Shown here piece by piece: positions 35,283 through 48,454 of a DNA stretch of 64,000 nucleotides (positions are counted from its first letter, which is position 1; every line of letters begins with the position of its first letter). Under the pieces are notes generated by a model, which did not search any database, was not told the DNA's origin, and worked only from the letters and a program-made list of their open reading frames with translations. The translations under genes were made by a program, and so were the position numbers. Source of the DNA: Eledone cirrhosa (taxonomy: Eukaryota). The stretch is from positions 397,668,001-397,732,000 of the forward strand of contig OZ024741.1 of NCBI GenBank assembly GCA_964016885.1. Direction: 5' to 3'.

Positions 35283-38050
35283 ATATACACCTGAGATATA
35301 CCACCTAGACTGGGGTACACCTGAGATATACCACCTAGACTGGGGTGGTGTACCTGAGATATACCACCTAGACTGGGGTACACCTGAGATATACCACCTA
35401 GACTGGGGTATACCTGAGATATACCACCTAGACTGGGGTACACCTGAGATATACCACCTAGACTGGGGTACACCTGAGATATACCACCTAGACTGCGGTA
35501 CACCTGAGATATACCACCTAGACTGGGGTACACCTGAGATATACCACCTAGACTGGGGTACACCTGAGATATACCACCTAGACTGGGGTACACCTGAGAT
35601 ATACCACCTAGACTGGGGTACACCTGAGATATACCACCTAGACTGGGGTATACCTGAGATATACCACCTAGACTGGGGTATACCTGAGATATACCACCTA
35701 GACTGGGGTACACCTGAGATATACCACCTAGACTGGGGTATACCTGAGATATACCACCTAGACTGGGGTACACCTGAGATATTCTACCTAGACTGGGGTG
35801 GTGTACCTGAGATATACCACTTAGACTGGGGTATACTTGAGATATACCACCTAGACTGGGGTGGTGTACCTGAGATATACCACCTAGACTGGGGTGGTGT
35901 ACCTGAGATATACCACCTAGACTGGGGTATACCTGAGATATACCACCTAGACTGCAGTGGTGTACCTGAGATATACCACCTAGACTGGGGTACACCTGAG
36001 GTATACCACCTAGACTGGGGTATACCTGAGATATACCACCTAGACTGGGGTACACCTGAGATATACCACCTAGACTGGGGTACACCTGAGGTATACCACC
36101 TAGACTGGGGTACACCTGAGATATACCACCTAGACTGGGGTACATCTGAGATATACCACCTAGACTGGGGTGGTATACCTGAGATATACCACCTAGACTG
36201 GGGTGGTGTACCTGAGATATACCACCTAGACTGGGGTGGTGTACCTGAGATATACCACCTAGACTGGGGCACACCTGAGATATTCTACCTAGACTGGGGT
36301 ACACCTGAGATATACCACCTAGACTGGGGTACACCTGAGGTATACCACCTAGACTGGGGTATACCTGAGATATACCACCTAGACTGGGGTGGTGTACCTG
36401 AGATACACCACCTAGACTGGGGTATACCTGAGATATACCACCTAGACTGGGGTGGTGTACCTGAGATATACCACCTAGACTGGGGTGGTGTACCTGAGAT
36501 ATACCACCTAGACTGGGGTGGTGTACCTGAGATACACCACCTAGACTGGGGTACACCTGAGATATACCACCTAGACTGGGGTATACCTGAGATATACCAC
36601 CTAGACTGGGGTGGTGTACCTGAGATACACCACCTAGACTGGGGTGGTGTACCTGAGTATACCACCTAGACTGGGGTACACCTGAGGTATACCACTTAGA
36701 CTGGGGTACACCTGAGGTATACCACCTGGACTGGGGTACACCTGAGATATACTACCTAGACTGGGGCACACCTGAGATATACCACCTAGACTGGGGTACA
36801 CCTGAGATATACCACCTAGACTGGGGTGGTGTACCTGAGATACACCACCTAGACTGGGGTGGTGTACCTGAGTATACCACCTAGACTGGGGTACACCTGA
36901 GGTATACCACTTAGACTGGGGTACACCTGAGGTATACCACCTGGACTGGGGTACACCTGAGATATACTACCTAGACTGGGGCACACCTGAGATATACCAC
37001 CTAGACTGGGGCACACCTGAGATATACCACCTAGACTGGGGTGGTGTACCTGAGATACACCACCTAGACTGGGGTGGTGTACCTGAGATACACCACCTAG
37101 ACTGGGGTGGTGTACCTGAGTATACCACCTAGACTGGGGTACACCTGAGGTATACCACTTAGACTGGGGTACACCTGAGGTATACCACCTGGACTGGGGT
37201 ACACCTGAGATATACTACCTAGACTGGGGCACACCTGAGATATACCACCTAGACTGGGGTACACCTGAGATATACCACCTAGACTGGGGTGGTGTACCTG
37301 AGATACACCACCTAGACTGGGGTGGTGTACCTGAGTATACCACCTAGACTGGGGTACACCTGAGGTATACCACTTAGACTGGGGTACACCTGAGGTATAC
37401 CACCTGGACTGGGGTACACCTGAGATATACTACCTAGACTGGGGTATACCTGAGATATACCACCTAGACTGGGGTATACCTGAGATATACCACCTAGACT
37501 GGGGTACACCTGAGATATACCACCTAGACTGGGGTACACCTGAGATATACCACCTAGACTGGGGTGGTGTACCTGAGTATACCACCTAGACTGGGGTACA
37601 CCTGAGGTATACCACTTAGACTGGGGTACACCTGAGGTATACCACCTGGACTGGGGTACACCTGAGATATACTACCTAGACTGGGGCACACCTGAGATAT
37701 ACCACCTAGACTGGGGTACACCTGAGGTATACCACCTAGACTGGGGTACACCTGAGATATACCACCTAGACTGGGGTACACCTGAGATATACTACCTAGA
37801 CTGGGGCACACCTGAGATATACCACCTGGACTGGGGTATACCTGAGATATACCACCTAGACTGGGGTACACCTGAGGTATACCACCTAGACTGGGGTACA
37901 CCTGAGGTATACCACCTAGACTGGGGTATACCTGAGATATACCACCTAGACTGGGGTACACCTGAGGTATACCACCTAGACTGGGGTACACCTGAGGTAT
38001 ACCACTTAGACTGGGGTACACATGAGGTATACCACCTGGACTGGGGTATA
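35283..38050. repeat. 30/33-bp hairpin-prone minisatellite, about 90 copies
   Basis: CCTGAGATATACCACCTAGACTGGGGT(GGT)GTA/ACA units; variant blocks recur in the 3' half. Confidence 0.97.
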
Positions 38051-38132
38051 ATATCTACTCTTCCCCCCTGCTGCTACCTTTCTTTACTTGCACTATTTAC
38101 ATTTTTTTTTTTTTTACTTTTTCATTTTATTT

Positions 38133-38342
38133 GTAACACTTTAGCATTTACACTGGCCACATCCGGCCAGAATTCCCTCTCCTCTTTCTATTCAAAGCGG
38201 GCCGGCCATATTGATATTGTTAAGGTATTGTTCTCTAAATAAATAACATCAAAATCTCATAGATTCGATATTATGTAAGGTAAAGCCTTTACCACAAAAA
38301 TACAATAGTAAATATAGAGTAATGTAAATGCTAAAGAGTTCA
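38133..38342. mobile_element. degenerate piggyBac-like MITE
   Basis: Homologous to 31631-31846. Confidence 0.75.
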
Positions 38343-38829
38343 TATGCCAACATTGCTGAACTGTAGGTTTCTTTTATTTTTAAATAGATTCAGTTTCTAT
38401 CCTGTGTCCCTTAAAATCCTAACAAGGTCCCTTATTGACTGACCTGTCATCTGTTAACAATAACTAAAGCATCTGTTATTGTGTAACTAACATATAGAAA
38501 GATATTTTCTTAGCAAAGATAATAGAAACTACCAGAATGATTTGCTGGAGATTGTTTTGTTGTTTTTGACTGACCTCTTCCTTTTCTGTTATTATTGTTT
38601 CTGCTTATAATAAAGTAATTTGTGTAATAATAGCAAGCTATTTATATTTTCTTTATAAGTAGTCCTTAAGTGATGGTTACCCAATCTAAACAAACGGTAG
38701 GGGATTAAGTACACTACTAAATAATTAAGAAATGTTTTCCTTAACCTTACCAAGCCTTGAATAGCATTCATAGCATTATACAGAAAAAAAAATATTAGTG
38801 TGGTTTAGCTTGTATAAAATTAAGGAGAT

Positions 38830-40012
38830 ATGTCAGATCAGGCCTCTGCTAGTGGTACCATATAACCCAGTACAACCTTCTACATGGTCAGATCAGGCCT
38901 CTGTCTGCCACTTGTACTATGTAATCCAGTACAACCTGCTTTGTGATCAAGTCAGGCTTCTGTCTGCCACTTGTACTATGTAATCCAGTACAACCTGCTT
39001 TGTGATCAAGTCAGGCTTCTGTCTGCTACTTGTACTATGTAATCCAGTACAACCTGCTTTGTGATCAAGTCAGGCTTCTGTCTGCCAATTGTACTAAGTA
39101 ATCCAGTACAACCTGCTTTGTGGTCAGGTCAGGCTTCTGTCTGCTACTTGTACTATGTAATCCAGTACAACCTGCTTTGTGGTCAAGTCAGGCCTCTGTC
39201 TGCCACTTGTACTATGTAACCCAGTACAACCTGCTTTGTGGTCAGGTCAGGCCTCTGTCTGCCACTTGTACTATGTAATCCAGTACAACTGCTTTGTGAT
39301 CAAGTCAGGCTTCTGTCTGCCAATTGTACTATGTAATCCAGTACAACCTGCTTTGTGGTCAGGTCAGGCTTCTGTCTGCTACTTGTACTATGTAATCCAG
39401 TACAACCTGCTTTGTGATCAAGTCAGGCTTCTGTCTGCCACTTGTACTATGTAATCCAGTACAACCTGCTTTGTGATCAAGTCAGGCTTCTGTCTGCCAA
39501 TTGTACTAAGTAATCCAGTACAACCTGCTTTGTGGTCAGGTCAGGCTTCTGTCTGCTACTTGTACTATGTAATCCAGTACAACCTGCTTTGTGGTCAAGT
39601 CAGGCCTCTGTCTGCCACTTGTACTATGTAACCCAGTACAACCTGCTTTGTGGTCAGGTCAGGCCTCTGTCTGCCACTTGTACTATGTAATCCAGTACAA
39701 CCTGCTTTGTGATCAAGTCAGGCTTCTGTCTGCCAATTGTACTATGTAATCCAGTACAACCTGCTTTGTGGTCAGGTCAGGCTTCTGTCTGCCAATTGTA
39801 CTATGTAATCCAGTACAACCTGCTTTGTGGTCAGGTCAGGCTTCTGCCTGCCACTTGTACTATGTAATCCAGTACAACCTGCTTTGTGGTCAGGTCAGGC
39901 TTCTGTCTGCTACTTGTACTATGTAACCCAGTACAACCTGCTTCATGGTTGAGTGGTCAGTAACTAAACTGGTTCTCCCATCAGACCCTGGTCTGGTCAA
40001 ACCCAGTTCAAC
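38830..40012 (+). repeat. 59-bp minisatellite (about 19 copies) derived from the 5' end of the 21816-type element
   Basis: Units end in CCAGTACAACCTG; the last unit continues TTCATGGTTGAGTGGTCAGTAACTAAACTGG, similar to 21853-21897. Confidence 0.9.
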
Positions 40013-40259
40013 AGCGCAAAAAGAAAAGAGCTGTAAAAATGGCATCAAGTCTTTACTGTTTTGTATTCTAAACAACTACTCTCTCCCTCTCTTTGTTTTT
40101 CTCTTTCTCATTTTCTCTCTCTCTTTCTCTTTCTCTCTCACTCTCTCTCTCTCTACTGTGTTGTACTCTAAACACAGTCCCTCTTACTCTCTCTCTTGTA
40201 TGCTAAACACCTACTCTCTCTCTCTTGCACTCTCTACTGCATTGTAATTTAAACACCTA

Positions 40260-40297
<38 letters not shown>

Positions 40298-40302
40298 TTA
40301 GT

Positions 40303-40845
40303 TAGAGGTGGGGAACCTTTTGAAGTTGAAAGGCCACATTAAGTTACTTGTAATATAATAAGGCCGTATTCAAGAAACCATAATTATAAATTCTTGAAAT
40401 TCTGATAACCACTGGTGTACTAAATCCCCACAGGTTCTCACCAACCAACCTGGGGTGATAGTGGCTCCAGTCAAGCAGGAATTTAATGTACATTCTAGAA
40501 ACAATTAGAACTAAAACATGAGTGTATTAAGTACTGAAAGGGTTCTTATAATCTACTAATTTTTAGATTCTAGAATCACATTAGAACTAAAACGTGAGCC
40601 TTTAAAGTACTGAAAGGGTTCTTATGATCTACTAATTTAATTCTGGCTGTCTGTCAGTGTTGATTATTTCATTGTATTTTCTTTTACTCTTTGGTATTTA
40701 AAACACATTCATCTTATGGTTTAAATTAAAATAAGAGATAGACAAAAATATATTAATAAAAATTTTGAATTTGTTGCAAATTTTTTATTTTTTCAAAAGG
40801 CTGCACAGAATGGCATAAAAGACCACAGGTTCCCCATCTCTGGTT
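40303..40845. mobile_element. hAT (Charlie-like) MITE
   Basis: TIR pair AGAGGTGGGGAACCT / AGGTTCCCCATCTCT. Confidence 0.65.
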
Positions 40846-40997
40846 TAGTCTAGTGTTAAATGTGGTCTTTTGAGATGAAGTCATTAGTTCTCTCTCATAT
40901 CAATTCTTCAAATCTTTCATATTCTAACTTTGAAAGAAAAACTATTTTTACAGTTGTAGGTAGAACCTACTGGAGTGGGGAGTATGGTATTGACCAA

Positions 40998-41160
40998 CAG
41001 TGCTGGGTTTACCATTGTTCTTAGGTGTGCTCTAGCACAGGGCCCTGTTGTTTGGGGGGAGGCATCTTCCTGCCAAAAAAAAATTTTATGATGAATTTTT
41101 CAGATAAGAGGCCTCATAACTTAACTAGCGCAGGCCTCATTTGTCCTAAATCCGGCACTG
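40998..41160. mobile_element. hAT-like MITE
   Basis: CAGTGCTGGGTTTA / TAAATCCGGCACTG TIRs; 8-bp TSD-like TTGACCAA / TTGACTAG. Confidence 0.7.
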
Positions 41161-41169
41161 TTGACTAGA

Positions 41170-41922
41170 TCATCATCATCATCATCATCACCGTTTTACG
41201 TCCGTTCTTCCACGCTAGCATGGGTTAGACGGGTTGTCCTGTTGTGGGCAGTGTCTGGTCGGCTGACCATGCCTTGCTCATACAGGAACTGATCTGGCTT
41301 GATTTCTACGGCTGGATGCCCTTCCTAACACCAACCTCATTTACAGTGAGTGCTGGGTGCTTTTTCGTGGCGCCTACACGTCCACTTTACAGTGTGGGCT
41401 GGGTGCTTTTTTGCCGTGGCACCTCCACGACCACCTTGCGGTGGGGGGGGGGGGGGGGGGCATATTGTTTATATGCTTCAGCATGTACCCATGGGAGGTC
41501 GGGTACCCTGTATTACTGCGTGACGCCAGAAGTCACGGTCGTGTGTCATTGACTTTGAGAGGTGTAGTTGGGTAAGGTCGGCTTTTATCACCTCATCCCA
41601 AGTCATCTTGGGTCTCCCCACTCCGCGGTTTCCATCAACTTCTAGTGCTCTGCATCTTTTTATGCAGCTGTCATCCTTCATACGCATCACATGTCCATAC
41701 CAGCGTATGTCCATACGCATCACATGTCCATCCTGCACGCAGCATTTGATTCCTCTTATGCTCAGTCTCTCTCTCAATTCATTTATGCTTTGTCGTTCAC
41801 GTATATTACTGTTACACATCCATCGGAGCATGCAGGCTTCGTTTCTCTCTAATCTCCGTAAGTCTTCCACCTTCAGCGCCCAGGTCTCACTACCATGCAA
41901 CATCTCACTACCATGCAACAAT
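41170..41922 (-). mobile_element. 5'-truncated RTE (third subfamily)
   Basis: MLHGSETWALKVEDLRRLERNEACMLRWMC..GRPKMTW plus 3' UTR and (GAT)n tail. Confidence 0.92.
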
Positions 41923-42029
41923 GATATGTAATACAAGTGATTACACAGCTAACATAACTCATGACACAGCTTATAAGTTGTATAAGATTTTATGTCTTAA
42001 CTAACCTTCAGAATAAAACAGCTGGTAAA

Positions 42030-42076
42030 AGAGAGAGAGGGGGGGGGGGGGTTGATAAGTAGAGACACAGACAGTC

Positions 42077-42107
<31 letters not shown>

Positions 42108-42220
42108 GAGGGGGGATGGTTGATAAGTAGATAGACCGACAGTCAGATAGGTAGATGGATAGAGAGAGAGAAGGGGGTTGATAAGTAGATAGATAGAGAG
42201 GGGGGGTTGATGAGTAGATA
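42030..42220. repeat. GATA/poly-G minisatellite (Tx1 target array)
   Basis: GATAAGTAGATAGATAGAGAGAGGGGGTT-like units. Confidence 0.9.
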
Positions 42221-42452
42221 AATTTCTATTTATTTGCCACGAGGGCATAAAAGAAGGGGACATTTACACAGTGGGGGAGTTTACATAAATCGAGTAAAGA
42301 AAAAAGGAATAACAATAATAATATAACAATAAAAAGTCCTCAAAAGGGAGGGGGCGTGTTGGGGATTGCACATACCCCCGAAAAGTGTGCAACTCTTTTC
42401 GCGGGGGAAGCCCAGAGAGGAGGCGCTCCCCCTTTCCTCTTCACTTCTTCAC

Positions 42453-45400
42453 CTACAGAACAATGTAGAGAGAAGGCCCATTTACACGGGCCATTCTCGC
42501 TTCTTTCACCCACCTTTCATAAAACTGTCTGGGACCAAGCACTTCTCTCTCCATCCTGATCCTTCTTCCGAAGTGGTATCGGAAGAAGTAAACCAGGTGA
42601 TGGCCGGAGAGAAAGTCACCCGACCTCAGACCTTTCAGGCGCGTCCACCACACAACCTCTTTCATCATGGCTATTACGCACAGAAAGACCGCCTCTGCTT
42701 CATTTCTGAAGGGAGGAGGCGGCTTGATGTTCACCACAGACTCGGCGGTTAATCGAATCGGCGCCACACGCGACAGCAGTCGTTCGACGTAGCCCCACAG
42801 ATCGGCAACGCCCGGGCAGTGTACCAGTGCATGCGCAACGGTTTCCTCGTCGCGCACGCATCTGGGACAGATCTTTTTCGCGGGATCCCTGCCCGGGCGC
42901 CCGTGTCTGTAGAGCTTTTCTCGAACGGGCAGAGCCCCCCGGTAACACTGCCAGGCTAGGGACCTCTGGAAGTTGTCCATGGGTCCCGGGCCGAAAGTTC
43001 TACCGAACAGGCTGGCCAGTTCGTCCTCCTCCATGCCTAGCGACTCTCCAAGGGTGTCGTCGCCCCTGCTAGCCACCAACCCTCTATAGAATGTCGAGGT
43101 GGATTCTCCACTGACAGTCGGGTCCGCTTGCCAGATAGCCGTGAGCGCCTGGGCACACTCGGTGTGCCAGTTGCCCAGTTTTCTCGGTCTTTGCTTCACC
43201 CAGGATTGCAGTTCGGTGAGCGAGACGAGCTGTGGGAAGGCTCGCTTCACAAACGGGGCCCACACCGGCTGACCGTTGAGGAATACTTGTAGATGCCGTA
43301 GCCTCAATGCGTGCCTACGCATCAACAGCCACGGCATACCCAGCCCTCCTTTCGAAGGGTGCTGGCAGCAGATGGATCTCCTCACCATGGGAGGCCGCTT
43401 CTTCCAGAGGAACTGGAAGAGCATGCGTTCCATGATGGTGAGCTTTTCCTTGGGGCAAGGCACGACGGTCAGGCGGTAGTAGATGACGGACGCTATGTAA
43501 GCGTTCGTCACCCCCGCCCGACCTTTCAGTGATAGTTTGCACTTGGCCCACTTCTGGGTCAGCGCAAACACCCTGCTCGTCACCTCACCCCAATTCTTCT
43601 CCACCTGGAGGTCCGGTCCGAACCAGACCCCGAGCAGCTTCACCGGGCCCTCCGTCCACCGCCCGACGACACCGTCTAACGGCATCGGTTTGCCCCTCCA
43701 CGTTCCGAGTTGCAAACCGACTGACTTGTCCTGGTTCAGCTTAGCCCCCGTCAGCCTTTCGTATTCCTCCAGTAGGGTGGCGATCGCCCCGATTTCCGAG
43801 GCGTCCGCCACCATTACTGTTACGTCGTCGGCATAGGCCGAGACCGCTTTGTGCAATCCCGGTTCCAGGGGTATGCCCCGCAGCAACTCCAACTTCCGCA
43901 GCAGTGGCTCGAGAGTCAATACGTACAGAAGGGAGAAGAGGGGGCACCCCTGTCTGATGGATCGGGTGATTTGAAACGGCTCCGAGAGGTAGCCGTTTAC
44001 TTTAATCCTAGAGTAGATGTTGCCACTGTGCATGGCAGAAATCCAGCCCCTGAAAACGTGTCCGAAGCCCGCCGCCGCTAGCACCGCATCCAGGTAACCA
44101 TGGTCGACCCTATCGAACGCCTTAGATTGATCCAAGTTGATCAGGGCCCCACCAAAGCCGGGTTCGTAGCCAACCCTCTCTATGATGTATCGCATGAGGT
44201 GGAGGTTGTCGTGAATGGACCTGGACGGGATAGCGCATGTCTGCGCGTCTCCCACCAAACCACCCACCACAAGCGCCAACCTCTTCGCCAACACCTTGGC
44301 CAAAATCTGTAACTCTGCATTCAGCAGAGTTATGGGCCTAAAGTTACTTAAGTCGTCCCCCTTGCTCTCGTCCTTCCTCACTAGCGTGACCACGCCCTTG
44401 GTCACAGAACAGGGAATTCTCCCGTTCTGTTGCCAGTTGCAATAGACAGCCTCGAGGAGTTCGGAGAACAAGACCGGCATAGCTAAATAAAGTTTGTATG
44501 GTAGACCATCGAGACCCGGGGATTTGCGTCTGCTGCATTGGCTGAGCGCTTCCCCGATTTCAGTGGCTGTGATTGGCCTTTCGCAGCACTCCGCTTCGCC
44601 GCTCGAAAGATGCGGTAGACCGTCGAGGTATGGACCGAAGTCCACATCCTCGTCCGGCCCCCCGCCACCTCCGAACAGTCGAGCAAAGTGCCTTTGAAAG
44701 GTCTCGCACATTCGCTCAGGTTCAAGGATCACCCGTCCATCCTGGTCTCGCAAAGACCGAATGGTGGATTTAATCCCACTCTTGGCTTCTGTCACGCGGG
44801 CCCAGCTAACAGCTTTGGTCCCCTCGTTTCCTAAAGCACGTATTTTACTTCGGACAACGCAGCCTTCATGCTTCGCGTCAAAGAACTGGCTCAACGCCGT
44901 TTTCGCCGCTAACACTCTGGCTACGTCTCCGCTCCTAATCGCCTCTTCTAGTTTATCTGTTAACTCCCTTTCCTTCCTATTTCTATTCGCCGCTAGTTCC
45001 TTACTGTAACCTATCGAACTTACTCTAATCTCTCTCTTTAGAGATACCCACCACCTACTGTTGACGATCGCTCCCGTCAACCACATCTTAACTAAGCTAC
45101 TAATCCGGTTTCTGTAATCTTTCTTTGTCAGTAAGGACAAGTTCATCTTCCAGTAACCGGGACCCTGTCTATGCGTTCTATCAAGGTTGACCACGCAGGT
45201 CACTAATTTGTGATCTGAATAGCCAACCATGATCAGTTCTGGACAACTAAATACGTCCCTATCCTTACTCCTAACCAAAAACCTATCTAGGTACGATCTA
45301 GATTGTCCACTGCGGTTTGCCCAGGTCCAGGTTGGCGCAGTTGGACAATCTAGTCGAAATCTATCGACCAGGTCGAATCGATCGAGTAACCCCTTGAGGC

Positions 45401-45886
45401 TGCTACACCCCCCTCTATCGGGACATGCCCCTGCATAGTCCCAACGCGCATCTAGGATTCCATTCCAGTCCCCCACTAAAAGCAGGGAACGCGACGTTCC
45501 TAGAAAAGTCTCCAGACGCTGGAAGAAGTCGGCTCTTTCCGCCCCGAAGGGAGCATAAAGACCGACCAGCCTGAAAGCCCCGCCTTCACCGCCTCCGACG
45601 TCCAGCACCAGTAATCGACCCCCCGGGTCCGAGTGAACAATCTGTACGTCGAGAGTCAGACGTTTATCCAGCAGTACGGCAACTCCCCCCCCCCCCCGCC
45701 TCCGGGTTGACAGAGAGATGCGTGCATCTCAAAGTCATCGAAGGCGGGCGCCAGCTGTCTCACGCTGCTGATCCGACTCTCGCAAACAACCATCACATCT
45801 ATACTTTGTGACCTGAGGTCACTTAGAAGCTTTGCTTGCTTCCAAGCTGAGCCCAGGCCACGCGCGTTCAAACAGCCAACTCTCAA
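42453..45886 (-). CDS. Tx1 ORF2 (APE endonuclease, RT, C-terminal CCHC); one frameshift at poly-C about 45685-45698
   Basis: LNARGL, GDWN, SYLDRF, SDH; SPGLDG, FRPITLLN, DQSKAFDRV, RQGCP, AYADD; CPRC..ETVAHALVHC. Confidence 0.92.
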
Positions 45887-45891
45887 TTGAT

Positions 45892-47752
45892 CTATTTTGG
45901 TGTTGAAAGTGAAGAAAGAAAAGCATTTACCTCTCCGGGTTGCGTAATTTCCATGGCATCAGGTGTGTTGGGTGGAGGGATGTTTTGTGATGGTGTGGGG
46001 GTACACGTGTGTGGTGGGGTTGGGGTATTTGGAGTTGTGTCAGGGAGAGGGGCGGTTATGGGGAAATCTTTCAAGAGGACGCGATTCAACGGTTTTAAAC
46101 AGGGGGGGCTCACGTCCCGTCTAAATTGTTCTTTTAAGGAACGATAAAGGTCCAGAGGGACCTTTATCATTTTTAAATGGGTGAAGTTCTCTGTTGAGAT
46201 AAAGTTTGGCCCTTCGGTCTGCACCATAGGGTTATTGTTTATTAATTTAACCAGTTTTTTGTTTTCTTTATTTATATATGTGTATTGCAACGTCTTTTTT
46301 TGTGATGCTGTCAATGTTTCGGAGAGGGGAGGCGCAGATTTATTTTTGTTTGTTGAGGGTGGGGTGTTTTTGATTGGAGTTGGTGTTTGTGTGTGGGTTA
46401 TTTGTGGTGTGCTGGGTGTGTGTTTTCTTTTTTTTCTTTTAACTTGTCTGAAGGCTTCTCCTCCTTCTTCTTCAGAAGTTGGGGGAAACTCTTCAGCGCT
46501 AGGTGGGAGGGACGTGTTGTGTGGTTGTTTTTTTTTTTGCGGGAGGGGTAGATTTGTTACTGTTTTTTTTATTATTTGTTTGGAATGGGTTTTGTGGTGG
46601 TGGTGGTAATGTTTGTGTCGTGTTTGTGGTTGGTGATGGTGGTGGTGATGTTTGTGTTGTGGTTGGTGGTGGTGATTTTTGTGTCGTGCTTGTGTTTGGT
46701 GCTGGTGGTGGTGATGTTTGTGTTGTGTTTGTGGTTGGTGGTGTCTGTATTTTGTTTGCTGTGTGTGGTATTAGTGTATTTTTGGAGGTGGGTGGTGTTG
46801 GTGTACTGTTTGTGGTGGGTGTGGGCAATAGTCCTTTTTGGGGGATACGTTTCGGGCAGTTAGCCTTAACGTGTCCCCTTTCCATGCATAAATAGCATGC
46901 TGGTCTTCTCCGCTCTACAATTATGTCTATTGGGGTAAGGTCATCCAGCCAGATGCGATCCGGGATTTGTGCTATTCTTTCGGGCCTCATTTGGACTAGT
47001 ATGTCGAGGCCCATTCCCAGGAACGCATCTCCAGTTGCCTTCCCCATTGACAGCATTGTGTCTTCGCCCATATCTATGAAGCCAGCAATAGCCCACCAGA
47101 AGTCCATTGTGGGCAGCATTGTTTTTACTTTTACTCTCTGTGTTCTTCTACCCATGTAGGAGGGATAGAAGCTATATGTTGTCGATGAGAGTGGGCTTAG
47201 GGAAAGCTTCTCCGCCGTTTCCTTGTCTCTTGTTAGGACCGAAATGCTGCCATAGAGTCGGTCCTTTCGTATGAAGAGAATATTCTTCATATAGTCTTTT
47301 AGGACTAACTCTATTTCCATTTGGCTGGGCTGTGCTGGCTTTCTTGTCTGGTTCAGTATAGTTCTGTAGAGAACTGTGCTTTCTGTTCTGGCTTTCTTGA
47401 ATTCTGGGGGGGAGTTAATGGAAAACATTCCGTTCTCCCCCAAAACAATGTGTTTCTTTGCTTCGGCCAGTTTTTCTCTGGCGGCAGTTAGGTCAATTGG
47501 TGTGTATGTAATGGATTGTTTTGTTTTCTGGGCGAAAGTTGCCCTGTTGTTATTTGTATTATTTTCTGTTTGTTTGTTTTCTGTTTGCTCATTTTCCTTA
47601 ACATTTGTTTTTTCATTTTCTTTGTTTGTTTCATTGTCTAATTTTGTTGTAATTATTTTTTGTTCTTCAGACTTGGGGGGCGTGGCAGAGCTAATGGCAG
47701 ACATGTCTGCCATCTTTTCCGCCATGCTGCCAAGAAAGAAATTTTTCGGCAA
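45892..47752 (-). CDS. Tx1 ORF1 (gag-like, zinc knuckle); frameshift at poly-T about 46530
   Basis: CYLCMERGHVKANC; Pro/Thr-rich linker; downstream frame resumes with FRQVKRKKRK and TASQKKTLQYTY, homologous to element 2. Confidence 0.82.
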
Positions 47753-47927
47753 AAATAGATATTTATTTTACCCCCTAAAAAGGGGGTAAATGCAAAAATG
47801 TTTCCCTAAAAAACAGGGGTTAGTGTTCCAAATGTGTTGCACTGAAAAATTTATCCGGTACTTACAATAGTAAGGGTAAATCCCGATGGAATAGCGGAGC
47901 CGATGTGAAGCGTGTCTTACTCTATCA

Positions 47928-48190
47928 AGATAGATAGATAGATAGATAGAGAGAGAGGGGGGGTTGATAAGTAGATAGATAGAGAGAGGGGGTTGATAAG
48001 TAGATAGATAGAGAGGGGGGAGTGATAAGTAGATAGATAGAGAGAGGGGGTTGATAAGTAGATAGATAGAGAGAGGGGGTTGATAAGTAGATAGATAGAG
48101 AGGGGGGGGGGGGGGTGATAAGTAGATAGATAGAGAGAGGGGGTTGATAAGTAGATAGATAGAGAGAGGGGGTTGATAAGTAGATAGATA
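47928..48190. repeat. GATA/poly-G minisatellite between the two Tx1 elements (about 8 units of 30 bp)
   Basis: Direct inspection. Confidence 0.95.
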
Positions 48191-48454
48191 TGTTTCTTTT
48201 ATTTGCCACTAGGTCATCAAAAGTGGGACAAGTACAAAGGGGGGAGTTTACACAAAAAGGCGTCCTCAATAAGGAGGAGGCAATAACAAAATATAAAAAT
48301 AAAATAAGATATAACAAAAAATAAAATTTATAACAAAATCCTCAATAGAGAGGAGGCGCCTTGGGGGGTCGCACACACCCCCGAAAAAAGTGTGCAACCC
48401 TTTTCCTCAGGAGCACAGAGAGGGGGTGCTCCCTCGTTCCTTCCTCTTTTCCAC

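Larger units (their letters stand above)
42221..47927 (-). mobile_element. Tx1/L1-clade non-LTR retrotransposon, apparently full length (element 1)
   Basis: 5' UTR, ORF1 with CCHC knuckle, ORF2 APE-RT-CCHC, short 3' UTR ending GTGGCAAATAAATAGAAAT. Confidence 0.95.

Noticed and set aside
26869-39945. Regular short repeats resembling CRISPR arrays (23-, 30/33- and 59-bp units)
   Set aside because: Units are contiguous with no unique spacers, there are no cas genes, and the context is eukaryotic
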